A DNA stretch of 64,000 nucleotides from Mobula hypostoma (Eukaryota): positions 104,842,001-104,906,000 of the forward strand of contig NC_086107.1 of assembly GCF_963921235.1 (NCBI RefSeq). Direction: 5' to 3'. The position numbers were made by a program, and so were the translations under genes. Of the stretch, positions 1 through 12,586 are shown piece after piece. The notes under the pieces are model-generated. The model saw nothing but the letters and a program-made list of their open reading frames with translations. It did not search any database and had not been told where the DNA came from. Within the stretch, counting starts at the first letter, position 1, and the number at the start of each line of letters is the position of its first letter.

Positions 1-760
1 GTGACAAATTCAGTTGAGCAAAAATTGAAATGGAATTGTAACTAAAGATTTGGAGGGAAAAATTGCTAGTGGGAAAGGCACTTCAGAATTCTGTTATGTC
101 ATGTTGCTAGTTGTTAACTATGGTTGTGTCTGTCAACTCCTTTATTTCCTATTTACTGTTCTAAATAAAACTAGATCTAAGCACATTTCTTCAATGAGAA
201 CCAGCCAGTTTGGAGTTGAGACCAGTCATTATATTGGCTAAGAGTTCAAGAACTTCGTTAGCCGCTTTTGAAATTTAATTTCTTTTACTTAAATGCAGTT
301 GCTTCCAATTGTCTATTGATTTAAGGACTTTTGTCGTGAGCATGCACAAAATGTCTTTTGATGGTCTTGGGCAGTCCAAAATGCAGTTGGGTTATGTGTG
401 GCAGCTTGAAATGTGAAAATATATAGGGTAGTAAATAAGGTAAATAGTGCGTTTGCCTTCAATATTTGGGGCATTGAATATACAAATTGGAAAGTCGTGT
501 AGTATAAAAGTTTAGTTTGGAATTTTTCTCAGTTCTGGTTGCCATGCTGAAGGAAGTATGTGATGACTTTGGAGAAGTTACAGAGAGTAGCAATTTTTCA
601 TTACCTTTGCCCTCGCTCATGCTGCACCCCAACACAAAAGGAGATGCAGACCCATAGCCATGGTCAGAATAGGCAAGAATAAAGGACAGTGCTGGATCTA
701 CCCTGCACATACTAAAATTCATTCCAATATTGAGTCATATCAAGCTGCATACTTAACACT

Positions 761-1157
761 AAACATAGAACAGTACAGCGCAGAGTCAAGCACTTCAGTT
801 CATCGTGTCTGTGCTGTGATGTCAATCTGGTCTCATCTGACTATTTGTGGTTGATATCTCTCTCCCCCCCGCCCCCCCATACCCCGACTATTCATTTGCC
901 TGACTAAATGCTTCGTAAACATTCCTGGTAGCGTTCCAGCCACCTACCACTGTGTGTGTGTGTGTGTGTGTGTGGCGGGGGGGCGGGGTACTTGCCTTAC
1001 ACATTTCCTTCAAACTTTTCCCCTCTCACCTTAAGCCTATGTCCTCTGGTATTTGACATTTCTGGCTAAGAGAAAAAGACACCAACCTCATAATTGCAGA
1101 GACTTCTGTCAGATCGCCTCTTAGCCTCTGATGCTCCAGCAAAAACGATCCAGGTTT
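761..1157 (-). mobile_element. CR1-type LINE 3' fragment, decayed
   Basis: Starts with aaacatagaacagtacagc (reverse of a CR1 3' tail) and resembles the other minus-strand CR1 3' ends in the window (e.g. 33345 onward). Confidence 0.6.
951..974. repeat. (TG)12 microsatellite
   Basis: Directly visible. Confidence 0.95.
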
Positions 1158-1159
1158 GA

Positions 1160-4100
1160 TGTTTGTTTCAAGATCAACAATACCCTGGCGAAGCTACTGA
1201 CCCAGCTGGAGACGACTGCGCCAGAATTGCTTCTTAAACTCCGGACCGCACCTGGACCCGACCAGCGAGGCCCACTACGTTTCCGGAGACCCGGGGTCTG
1301 CTACCGTGCCAGAGTGCTTGGAGACGCGGCCCATTCCGACCAGCACCTCTCTGGAGCAGACGACCACACAGAAGTGATGGCGGAGACCTCAAGGTGCCCC
1401 AGACGCTTCCTCGCAGCGACCACTGTAAGGCCCTGTTGGTGGCCATCCACAGCTGCTGGAAGTGAGACCTCCGCCGCCGATCTCAGAAATCGAGCCCGAG
1501 GCTCGGCTGGAGCGGAGGCTTCCGCAACCGTGACTCGGTTTACGGACTTGTTTCAGCCAGGAGCCTGGCCATCCGGGATTAAGTGTTGGCTTCGGAGCCC
1601 GACCCAATCGTCAGCCGGGCCCCTGGCAGCTGGAAGTGGCAGCAGAGCCTCCCCCGTTACTTGGCCTGACCCGGAGTGTCCGACGATGCGACCAGCTGAT
1701 GGATCCCCGCAGGACGCATCCACCTACCTCAAAGAGCTGACAACAACACACTGCATCGATGAAACCTGGAAAGATGCACTACTTACCGAGGAAACGTGGG
1801 AAAAGAGCTGGGCTGCTGGTCAGATTGAAGCTGAGGAGCATCAGGGTCCCTATGTCCACCATCCTACTTGCTAATGTGCAAGCCATGGAGAACAAGGTGG
1901 ATGATCTTAAAGGGAGACTCACCTACTGCAGGGAGATGCAGAACTGCTATGTATTCTGTTTCACCGAGACCTGGCTCTCCCCTGCCACTCCTGACTGTGT
2001 CATCCGACAGGAGGGATTTTCAATCCATCAGATGGACCGCATGGCATCTTCGGGCAAGACGAGGGGAGGTGGTGTCTGCCTATTGATCAACACTGCGTGG
2101 TGCTCAGACACAGTGGCTCTGACAAGCTCCTGCAGCCCGGACCTGGAACACCTGTCGGTGAAGTGTCGTCCCTGCTATCTGCCACGGGAATTCACCTCGG
2201 TCATACTTACAGCGGTCTACATTTCAGCCCCCCCCCCCCCCCAGGCGGACGTGGAGTGTGCTCTGAACATACTGTATGCCAACATCAGTGAACTTGAGAC
2301 CAGGTATCCGGAGGCTTTGCTCATTACAGCCGGAGACTTTAACCAGGCCAACCTCAGAAAGGCACTGCCAAAGTTATACCAACATCTCTCCTGCCCCACT
2401 AGAGGCCCGAATATACTTGACCACTGCTACACAGCAGTCAAGGATGCCTACTGTTCCGTCCCACGACCTCACTTCGGAAAATCGGACCATCAGGCCATAC
2501 TCCACCTCCCAGCTTACAAACAGAAACTGAAGCGGGAGGTCACGGTGTCAGAAGTAGCGTCGCGTTGGATTGAGGAAATGGATGAGGTCCTCTGTGACTG
2601 CTTTGAATCGGTGGACTGGTTAGTATTCAAGGACTCGGCAGCTAACCTCGATGAGTATGCCTCAGCTGTCACGGACTTTATTTGAAAATGCACAGAGGAC
2701 TGTGTGTCTCGCAAGACAATCTGGGTATTCCCTAACCGGAAACTTTGGATGAATTATGAGGCCAAGTCCCTTTTAAAGGCTAGAGCTGTGGCTTTTAGGT
2801 CTAGGGATACCAGTTGCTACACGGAATCCAGGCGTGAACTCCGGAAAGCCATTAAGGGCGCCAAGTGTCAATATCGAGCCAAGTTGGAAGCCCAGGCTAA
2901 CCAGAGGGATGCCAGTAGACTATGGCAGGGTCTAAATGAGATCACTGGGCGCAAAGAAAAGGCTGGGAATATCAATAACTGTGGCGCTTCTCTTCCTGAG
3001 GAACTTAATGTATCCTACGCAAGATTCGAACAGAAGAGGAGCGTCCTGCTCACTCCGGATGAACCAGACCTGGTGGCATCGAGAATCATCGTCACCGAGG
3101 AGGACGTTAGAAGGGCCTTCCTGAAGATAAATCCAAGGAAGGCAATAGGCCCAGATGGCGTCTCAGGACGGGTTGTCCGGGCCTGAGCAAGCAAGCTAGC
3201 TGGAGTGTCTGCTGACATCTTCAATTGCTCCTTGCTTCAGTCTAAGATCCCCTCGTGTTTTAAGAAGGCAACGATAATCCCAGTGCTGAAGAAGAGCAAA
3301 GTGGCATGCCTGAATGACTATTGACCTGTGGCTCTGACATCAATTGCTATGAAGTGTTTCGAGAGATTGGTTATGGCACACATCAACCACAGCCTACCAG
3401 AGCAACAGGTCAACGGCAGATGCCATCTCTCTGGCCCTACATTCCTCTTCAGAATACCTGGAGAATAAAGAAGCATACGTAAGGCTCCTTTTCATTGACT
3501 ACAGCTCTGCCTTTAATACCATCATTCCAAATAAACTGATTCATAAGCTCTGGAACCTGGGCCTCAGCACTCAGGTCTGCAGCTGGATCTTCAGCTTCCT
3601 CACAGACAGGACCCAGGCTGTAAAAATAAGGGACAAGCTCTCCTCTACAATCACTCTGAGCACCGGTGCCCCACAAGGCTGTGTACTTAGCCCCCTGCTG
3701 TACTCACTGTACACCCATGATTGTGTAGCCAAGTTTCCATCAAACTCAATATGTAAGTTTGCTGATGACACAACAATTGTAGGCCGTATCTCGGGTAATG
3801 ATGAGTTTGAGTACAGAGAGGAAATTAAGAACCTGGTGGCATGGTGCGAAGACAATAACCTATCCTTCAACATCAGCAAGACAAAGGAATTGGTTGTTGA
3901 CTTCAGAAGGAGTAGCGGACCGCACGACTCTATTTACATTGGTGGTGCGCAAGGGAACAGGTCAAAAGCTTTAAGTTCCTCGGGATCAATATCACAAATG
4001 ACCTGACTTGGTCCAACCAAGCAGAGTTCACTGCCAAGAAGGCTACCAGCGCCTTTACTTCCTGAGAAAACTAAAGAAATTTGGCCTGTCCCCTAAAACT

Positions 4101-4674
4101 CTCACTCATTTTTATAGATGCACCGTAGAAAGCATTCTTCTTGGGTGCATCACAACCTGGTATGGAAGTTGTCCTGTCCAATACCGAAAGAAGCTGCAGA
4201 AGATCATGAACACGGTGCAGCATATCACACAAGCCAATTTTCTGTCCGTGGACTCACTTTACACCGTGTACTGTTGGAGCAGTGCTGCCAGGATAATCAA
4301 GGACACGACCCACCCAGCCAACACACTTTTCGTCCCTCTTCCCTCCGAGAGAAGGCTCAGGAGCTTGAAGACTCGTACGGCCAGATTTGGGAACAGCTTC
4401 TTTCCAACCGTGATAAGACTGCTGAACGGATCCTGACCCGGATCTGGGCCGTACCCTCCAAATATCTGGACCTGCCTCTCGGTTTTTTTGCACTACCTTA
4501 CTTTCTATTTATGATTTATAATTTAAATTTTAATATTTACTAATTTTTACTATTTTAAATATTTTTAATATTTAATATTTGTAATCCAGGGAGTGGGAAG
4601 CGCAGAATCAAATTTCGCTGTGATGATTGTCTGTTCTAGTACCAATTGTTTGGCGACAATAAAGTATAAAGTAT
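1160..4674 (+). mobile_element. Near full-length Rex1/Babar-type non-LTR retrotransposon (APE endonuclease + RT), inactivated
   Basis: APE motifs CFTETWL, GDFNQ, LDHCY and SDH in ORF 1759..2685. RT motifs [25 protein letters not shown] and KFADD at 3480-3770. 3' AATAAAGTATAAAGTAT tail. Stops at 2683 and 3184, deletion near 3400. The 5' boundary is approximate. Confidence 0.88.
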
Positions 4675-5324
4675 GTTGTGACATTATTCTAGGAATAATG
4701 GCTAGTTGAGCTAGATATTATGGGGCAAACTGTAGGTCTGCAGAGAGCAGTTTGCAATCTTGCTTCCTTGTTCTGAGAAGAAGTTTCCATTTGCTTACAG
4801 ACTTTAACACAGCAAATTCCAAACTTTTGAGAGGAGAGTGAGGCTAAACATAAAGTCCCTTCATTGGGTTGCACTTAATTATACAGAAATGAAAGTGTGA
4901 AGTTTCCTTCATGTAAAACTCTAAAGTTCTGTCTTTAAAAGTTAAGGTATTGTGGAAGTACTCTAAATACAGAGAGCAGCATGATCCAAGGTTCCTCCCC
5001 TCTTTGTGTTGTTAGCTGATTCAGGATTCACAGCAGAGAGATGGCTGAATGTAAAAGTGAGAATTTTTTTTTCAAGAAACAACAAATGTCAAGTTGGTCC
5101 AGTTGTAAACCAGGTCATTCTTGACCTCAAGGTAATTTTGAAACTATCAATAATGTTGATTTTGAAATATAAGTCTGATTGTGCAGCCATAATTTGCTGC
5201 ATTTTAATGGAGCTGTCTGAAACATGATACAGAGGGCTGTTAATATCAGCTATTGCAGGTGCATAGAAATGTTTTAATTGAAATATTCATCAACATAATT
5301 ATCTGATATGCTTTTATCTTTCAG

Positions 5325-5468
5325 CAGACAGATGAAGCAGCACAGACAGATGGACAACAACAAACACAGAGTACAGAGAGCAATGAGAGCAAACCCATAC
5401 CTAAACGGCTTCATGTTTCCAACATTCCCTTTCGATTCCGTGATCCTGACCTCAGGCAAATGTTTGGG
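5325..5468 (+). CDS. RBFOX2: RBFOX2-like coding exon, 144 nt, phase 0-0 (QTDEAAQ...[22 protein letters not shown]; contains RNP2 of the RRM)
   Basis: Acceptor ttttatctttcag (tandem CAGCAG), donor GGG|gtaagg. The translation contains the invariant Fox-1 family motif [22 protein letters not shown]. Confidence 0.96.
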
Positions 5469-8400
5469 GTAAGGAAGAGCTATTACTGGAGCTCTGTTTA
5501 AAGTTTCAGGCAAAAATGATTTTCCATTTGGTTCGTCGTGTTGACTCAAAGGGAATTTACCAGCAATGCTTTGAGAGAATCTTAAGAGATTTTAAAAATT
5601 CGAATTGAAGTGACATAGTCTGGTTGCTTATAACTGCATTTTCATATCAAGATCTTGAAGTGTAGTGTTTGTAAGATAGCTAAATAAGAGCAGAATTGTA
5701 TTTTCTTGCTACTGGAAAATTAACTTTGGAAAGGAAATTGGAAAATATCCTTCCAGTTCTGTGAAGTTGAAATTTAACATGCAGAATTACCTACTATCCA
5801 TCTAGATTATGAACTTTACCAATATTTATTACCTTTGATCTATTTTTACAGTATGTTTAGCATATAAATTGCACTTTAGAAATATAAATTGATAAATATT
5901 GCCCCTAGGCTTACTTAGTATAACTGTGCCAAAATGCTAGAGGTATCACTATGTTTGCGCATGCAGCTGTCGACAGTTGCCAGCCTTGTTAGGATGTACT
6001 TGTAGGAATTTTATTCCATGTCCTCACAGCAAATGAAAAGTGCTCAGAGAAATTTAAATAAAAATATTCAATGTAAATTATTATATTCTCTACCCTATAA
6101 CAGATCATTCTAGTGAATTTTCTCTTTGCAAACTCTCTGAGACATTTCACAATCTTTTAGAAGTGAGGTGACCAGAGCTGGATACATTATTCTGGTAGCA
6201 GCCTAACTAGTTATCAATAGACAGGAGAGGCTGGGATTATTCTCAAAGTAACAGTGTTTGAGGGGATAGTTTATGGATGTGTACATTATCGCTATACGGT
6301 AGATAGCGTCTATTTTCATTAATTGATGGTTCAGTCATTGGGCTACAGATCTGAAATGTTGAGGCAAAGGTTCTAGGGAGATCTTAGAGAAATCTTTTTT
6401 ATGCAAGGAGTGGTTACAATTTGGAGGCTCTCTGCTCGTAAAGATCTTGGAAATAAGAGCCAACAATGATTTCAAAGAGAACTGAATGTGCACTTGAGGG
6501 AAAATAAGTTGTAGAGAAAGAGCATGGGAATAGATCACTCTACAACAAGCCAGCACAGACCCTGTGGGCTTGACAATGGCAAATATCAGAAAGAATCAAA
6601 ACTGAGTTCATCAGCAATGTGCAAGAGTAAGTTGCAGAGGTACAGGGAAGTAAGAAGAGGGTAAGTTGAGCTAATGGGGTTGCTTTCCTGTGAGCTAACA
6701 TGGATCAATGGCCTATTAGTCTCCCATGTCATTATAAGTTCAAAGAACGAAATGCCCAATTTTCTCTCCTGCCCTTTTCATGTTAATGAGGTATAATGCA
6801 CACAGCTGGATGCATTCTATTTCATATTAATGTAATAAGTAATTGTGGCAATTGTTGCATTTGACTTAGCACTAATTCATAATGTGGCAAATTATTTTTG
6901 ATTCATAGTGCATTGAACAATTGTAACTGCAAAGCTGTTGAACTTTGCTACATCAGGGCCTAGAGTACAAGTCACTATGTTGATTATAGCCAGTTGAACT
7001 CGTAAATTAAATCATTGTTAATAAACATGATAATAGGACATGAATGGTGTGAAAAATGTACGTGTATAGTTGGTTAGATGAACATTTAATGTATTAATTG
7101 TAAGTGATTTATTAAGATTCTTTGATGCAAAAACATCTGCTCAGACTGTTTGCTATCTCCAGTGTTAAACATACACAATTGCCATGCTTGGATTTTAAAT
7201 TTCTGTTTTGTGGTGTCATACAAGAAATTACAGGGCAAAACTATCAAGACTGAAATTGTGTTTTATGCTTAGTTTTACAATGAAATCTTGACACAGTAAG
7301 GCATGCAAGGTAGACATAAAAAAAAAATTCCCTCCAGCAGTTGAAGTATAGTAAGTTTTATATTTGCTTTGTTTGAATTTTGATTCTGGCTTGCCAGTGG
7401 CTGTAAACTGCCCTATTAATCTAACTACTTATCCTGGCAGCAGATTCACAGGGCAATGAAAAGCTTGCTGTTGGAATAATGGAATTACAGCACAGACCCC
7501 AGGAACCAGAATGCCAGTCACCAAGAATCTGAATACAAAGTGGTGGCAGAGTAAAACAATAATGTGTGTGAATTAAGCACTTTCAATGAAGGAAGATGTC
7601 AAAAAGCATTTAACAGAATCAAAAAGGAGGGGCGGGGGGAGTGACTGAAAAGAAAATACTGGGAATGTGAAAGAGTGTAAGTTTTTTAGAAGAATATCTT
7701 GGAAGAGGAGTGAGCAAATGGAAAGATAATTGAAGGAGCACCCGAGGGTGGGTTCTTGGTTGCTGTAAGCTGTATTGTCATTGCTCAGATGAAAAGGTGT
7801 AGAGTCCAAGCAACAAAGAAGTTGGATGAATTGCTGCAGTGGACTAATAGGTCATTTAGAGAGAGAGTGAGGAAAGGCCAAGGATGAAGTTAAACAAAAT
7901 CATTAAAATTAAACTTTTGGGGAAATAAGGTTCAGGAATACTTTGTAAGTGAAAAAAAATTGTCTGTTTCTGCCACCTCTGAGTGGCCTTTCTGCCAGTT
8001 TAGCAAGGTCCATGTTTCATAATTTGAGAGAATTAACACCATATAAAAAATTTTAAATGCCTATTGCAATAAATCATTTGAATTTGAATTAGGTCCAATC
8101 TTACATTTCAGTAGGAAACTTTCCAGTGTAGCCACTTGTCAGAGGCAGCTTTTCACATGGAAACTTTGTTTTTCTGTTTTTCACTGTTTTAATTATTTTG
8201 CTTCCTTAACCACAACAGAATCGCAAAGTACAGTAAATTCTGGAAATCTGAGGAAAATGCTCATGAATGAAGTTGATCATTATGTGTAGCTTCTGTAGAG
8301 AAAAGCAGCATTACTTTTTCAGCTCAGTGGCCATTCTATGTGGATTATTGTTTTAATTTTGGCCCTAGAAAATTCTAAAAGTTTTGGTATCCTGTGCTGC

Positions 8401-8472
8401 CTTGGCTTCTGAGGAAGGATTTGTTTCTGCAGATACTGAAATAAGAGAGAGGTTAGGTGGGCAAAAGGTGAT

Positions 8473-10810
8473 CATAACATAAGAACATAAGAAATAGGAG
8501 CAGGAGTAGGACATCTGGCCCATCGAGCCTGTCCCGCCGTTTAATAAGATCATGGCTGATCTGTCCGTAAACTCAGCTCCATCTACCTGTCTTTTCCCTA
8601 TAACCCTTAATTCCCCTACTATGTAAAAATCTATCTAACTGTATCTTAAATATATATAGTGAAGAAGCCTCAACTTCCCTGGGCAGAGAATTCCACAGAT
8701 TCACCACTCCCTGGGAAAAATAATTTGTCCTCATCTCCGTCCTAAATCTTCGCCCCTGAATCTTGAGACAATGTCCCCTAGTTCTAGTCTCACCTACCAA
8801 TGGAAACAACCTTCCTACTTCTATCTTGTCTATCCCTTTCATAATTTTGTATGTTTCTATAAGATCCCCTCTCATTCTTCTGAATTCCAGAGAGTATAGT
8901 CCCAGGCGACTCAATCTCTCTTCATAGGTTAACCCCTTCATCTCTGGAATCAACCTGGTGAACTTCCTCTGCACTGCCTCCAAAGCCAGTGTATTCTTCT
9001 TTTAGTATGGAGACCAGAACTGCACACAGTACTCCAGGTGTGGCCTCACCCGTACCCTGTATAGCTGCAGCATGACCTCCCTGCTCTTGAATTCAATCCC
9101 TCTAGCAATGAAGGCCAACATTCCATTTGCCTTCTTAATAACCTGTTGTACCTGCAAGCCAACTTTTTGCGATTCATGCACAAGCACTCTCAAGTCCCTC
9201 TGCACAACAGCATGCTGCAATCTTTCACCATTTAAATAGTAATCTCCTCTTCTATTATTCCTTCCAAAGTGGATGATCTCGCATTTACCAACATTGTAGA
9301 CCATCTGCCAGACCTTGGCCCACTCACTTAACCTATCTGTATCCCTCTGCAGACTCTCCACATCCTCTGTACAATTTGCTTTCCACTCAGTTTAGTGTCA
9401 TCAGCAAATTTTGCTACACTACACTCAGTCCCCTCTTACAAATCATCAATGTAAATGATAAACAGCTGCAGGTCCAGCACCGACCCCTGCGGCACCCCAC
9501 TCACCACTGACTGCCAACCGGAGAAACACCCATTTATACCAACTCTCTGCCTTCTATTGGTTAACCAATCCACTATCCATGCTAATACACTTCCTCCAAC
9601 TCCATGCATCCATATTTTATTTATAAGTCTCTTGTGCGGCACCTTATCGAATGCCTTTTGGAAATCCAAGTATACGACATCCACCTGTTTCCCCTCTATC
9701 CATTGCACTCATTATGTTCTCAAAGAACTCCAGTAAGTTTGTCAAACAGGACCTGCCTTTTCTGAATCCATGCTGTGTCTGTCTGATGGAACCACTCCTT
9801 TCTAAATGTTTCTCTATTTCTTCCTTAATGACAGCTTCAAGCATTTTCCCGACTACAGATTTTAAGCTAACTGGCCTATAGTTGCCTGTCTTTTGCCTAC
9901 ATCCTTTTTAAAAAGTGGCGTGACATTTGCTGTCTTCCAATCCGCCAGGACCTGCCCAGAGTTAGAGAGATTTGGTAAATGATTACCAACACGTCTACTA
10001 TAACCTCCACCAATTCCCTCAGCACCCTGGGATGCATTCCATCAGGACCAGGGGATTTATCTACCTTCATGCCCTCTAGTTTGCTCATCACTATCTCTTT
10101 AGTGACAGTGATTTTATCAAGGTCCTCACCTCCCATTTCATCCATAACATCATTCTTTGGCATATTAGGTGTGTCCTCCACCATAAAGACCGACACAAAA
10201 TAGTCGTTCAATGCCTCAGCCATTTCCTTATCACCCAATATCAATTTCCCCTTTTCATCTTCCAAGGGACCTACGTTGCCTTTAGCCACCCTCTTCTGCT
10301 TTATATATTTATAAAAACTTTTGCTATCTGTTTTTATATTATGTGCTAATTTACTTTCATACTTTATCTTCCCTTGTTTCTTGTTTAGTTGTTCTTTGTT
10401 GTTCTTAGAGTTTTCCAAATCCTCCAGTTTCCCACTACTCTTTGTGACTTTGTACACATGAGCTTTTAATTTAATACTATCTTTTATTTCCTTAGTTATC
10501 CAAGGCTGGCTCTCCCCACACTTACTGTCCTTACTTTTGACTGGAATATACTTTTGTTGAGCACTCTTTGAAATATTCAACTGTCCTACCAAATAGCCTG
10601 TGCTCCCAATCCACATTAGCCAACTCCTCCTTCATCCTGTTGTAGTCTCCCTTGTTCAAGCATAATACACTAGTTTTAGATCTAACTATTTCATCCTCCA
10701 TCTGTATGCAAATTACAATTATACTATGATCACTCTTTCCAAGAGGATCCCTGACTACAAGATCGTTAATCTTACCTGTCTCATTGCACAGGACCGGATC
10801 TGAGATAGCA
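8473..10810 (-). mobile_element. CR1-type LINE, 5'-truncated, frameshifted ORF2
   Basis: Minus-strand ORFs with [46 protein letters not shown]. Tandem tail (acataaga)n at 8473-8492. Confidence 0.93.
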
Positions 10811-10884
10811 TTTTAAGATCAACGTGTCTCCCCATGATGATGACTTTGTTGAAGTAATATTTCTGGAGATTAATTCAAACTCAC

Positions 10885-11630
10885 AAGGAAAACAGAATAT
10901 GCTGAAAACATTCAGCTGGTCAGGCCACATTTGTAGGAAGGGAAACATTCACTGATTCAGGTCTGTCATCCTTTATCAGAACCAAGAAGGGACAAAGCTA
11001 CAGTGAAGGTCGGGGAGGGAAAGGTCTGTGATAGGGTAAACCCACCGTGACTATGGGGATAGACTGTAACCAAGCCTATTTGGTTAATGAGTAAATCAGA
11101 GCAATTGGAGGGTAAGAACACAGATACAAGAACCTAGACCAAAAAAAGTGCTAGTTGGGTCAGGCTGGCTATGTTCTCCAATCACAAAGAGGTTAAAAAA
11201 GGAAAGAAAAAAAAACAAAAGGTGACAGTCATTTTCTAGGAAGAAATCAAAAACAAAATAACCTGATACAGGTCGACCTTCACTAATCCGACTACCTGTA
11301 ATCCAGTTCCTTCGATAATCCGGCACTGATTATGCTTAATATGATCCTTCTGTAATTCAGCATTTTCACTAATTCGGCACTCCTCAGGTCCCAATGGTGC
11401 CGGATTAGTGGAGGTCGACCTGTATTATGGATGACTAATGCAAACCAAGAAAGAGTTGTGGAATTCAACATAGAAAGCTACAGTGTGCCCAGACAGAAAA
11501 TGAAGTACTGTTCTTCAGACTGCCTTGGGTACAGGAGACCATAGACCAATTAGATCAGAGTGGGAGTTTGGTGAGTAATTGAAATAGTAGGTAACAGGGA
11601 GCTCAGAGTCACCGCTGCAGACTGATTTTC
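10885..11630 (-). mobile_element. Old Penelope-like element remnant, interrupted by a MITE
   Basis: Degenerate similarity to the reverse complement of the PLE at 26022-27066 (terminal repeat at 10885-10985, GIY-YIG region at 11450-11625). Confidence 0.45.
11269..11422. mobile_element. 154-bp Tc1/mariner-superfamily (pogo/Tigger-like) MITE
   Basis: 22-bp TIR CAGGTCGACCT(T/C)CACTAATCCG with 1 mismatch, flanked by TA on both sides (11267-11268, 11423-11424). Confidence 0.88.
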
Positions 11631-12100
11631 ACAAATTTGAAGCCTGTCTGATTAAATCAGATGAATTAAAGAACTTGTTATAAAATTGTTCTATTAGGAA
11701 ATCACAACCTAATGGGCTTAGCCTCTGGTTTGTACAGTAGTGCATAACCTCTCTTAGAAGTAGTGACTTCTAGTCAGATGCCACTCCTTTTCTGGTAATT
11801 CTATTTGAAAATCCATTTCTGTAGATGAGAGAGACAGGATCAGGTTTGCTATAATGTCCTGGGTTATGTAGCCTTGAAAATTTACGGAATAAATTTTCAA
11901 AAAGATTGACTACTGAGTCATTTAAGTATGTTCAGGGCTGGTTTAGACTATTGGCCTATAGGTAATTGAAAGTTATGGGCATCAAGCAGGTAATTGGATT
12001 TGAGAATAATGATCAAGTTGACTGTGCTCTTATTAAATGATGGAGCAGGTAAGAGGGCCAAATGGCTACTCCTGTTTCTTATAAGTTAAGAAATATGATA

Positions 12101-12406
12101 CAGTTCCTCCTCAGGTTATGACAGAGTTCCATTTCTGAGAACTGTTCTTAACCCAATTAATTCGCAAGTTGGAAATCTGGCCACATGGCAATATATTTAA
12201 ATAAAACCAAATGCCACCATATAGTTAAAACAGGGAGTTTAATACAACTATTGTAATTTCTCTGCAAACTGCAATGTTTACTTCAAAACCAAGTTCCCGC
12301 ATGGTAAAAAATGCCTGCAGCAGCCAACAAATCCATTCTGCCATTCTCCCAAACTTGCATCCATATGTATTCACTGTCCATATGTTCGTAACCTAGGGAG
12401 GACCTG
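12101..12406. mobile_element. Tigger-like MITE, decayed
   Basis: TIRs CAGTTCCTCCTCAGGTTATGA / rc CAGGTCCTCCCTAGGTTACGA (17/21). TA on the left flank. Confidence 0.65.
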
Positions 12407-12532
12407 TCTTCACATCTATTCCAGGAGGAGTTAACACCTATAAGAGAATGGGGCACGTATGCAAAATAGAACTTGGAATAGAATTTTAACTGATATTTAT
12501 GCTAACAAATTCTTATTTTATTTTCTCTGCAG

Positions 12533-12586
12533 CAATTTGGTAAAATCATAGATGTAGAAATTATATTTAATGAGCGTGGCTCAAAG
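12533..12586 (+). CDS. RBFOX2: RBFOX2-like coding exon, 54 nt (QFGKIIDVEIIFNERGSK)
   Basis: Branch-like gctaac at 12501, pyrimidine tract ending ctctgcag, donor AAG|gtaagc. Length and peptide match the RBFOX RRM exon. Confidence 0.96.

Noticed and set aside
1131-1874. 247-aa ORF
   Set aside because: No recognisable domain. It lies in the GC-rich 5' region of the Rex1-type element, where stops are rare, and overlaps the true ORF out of frame.
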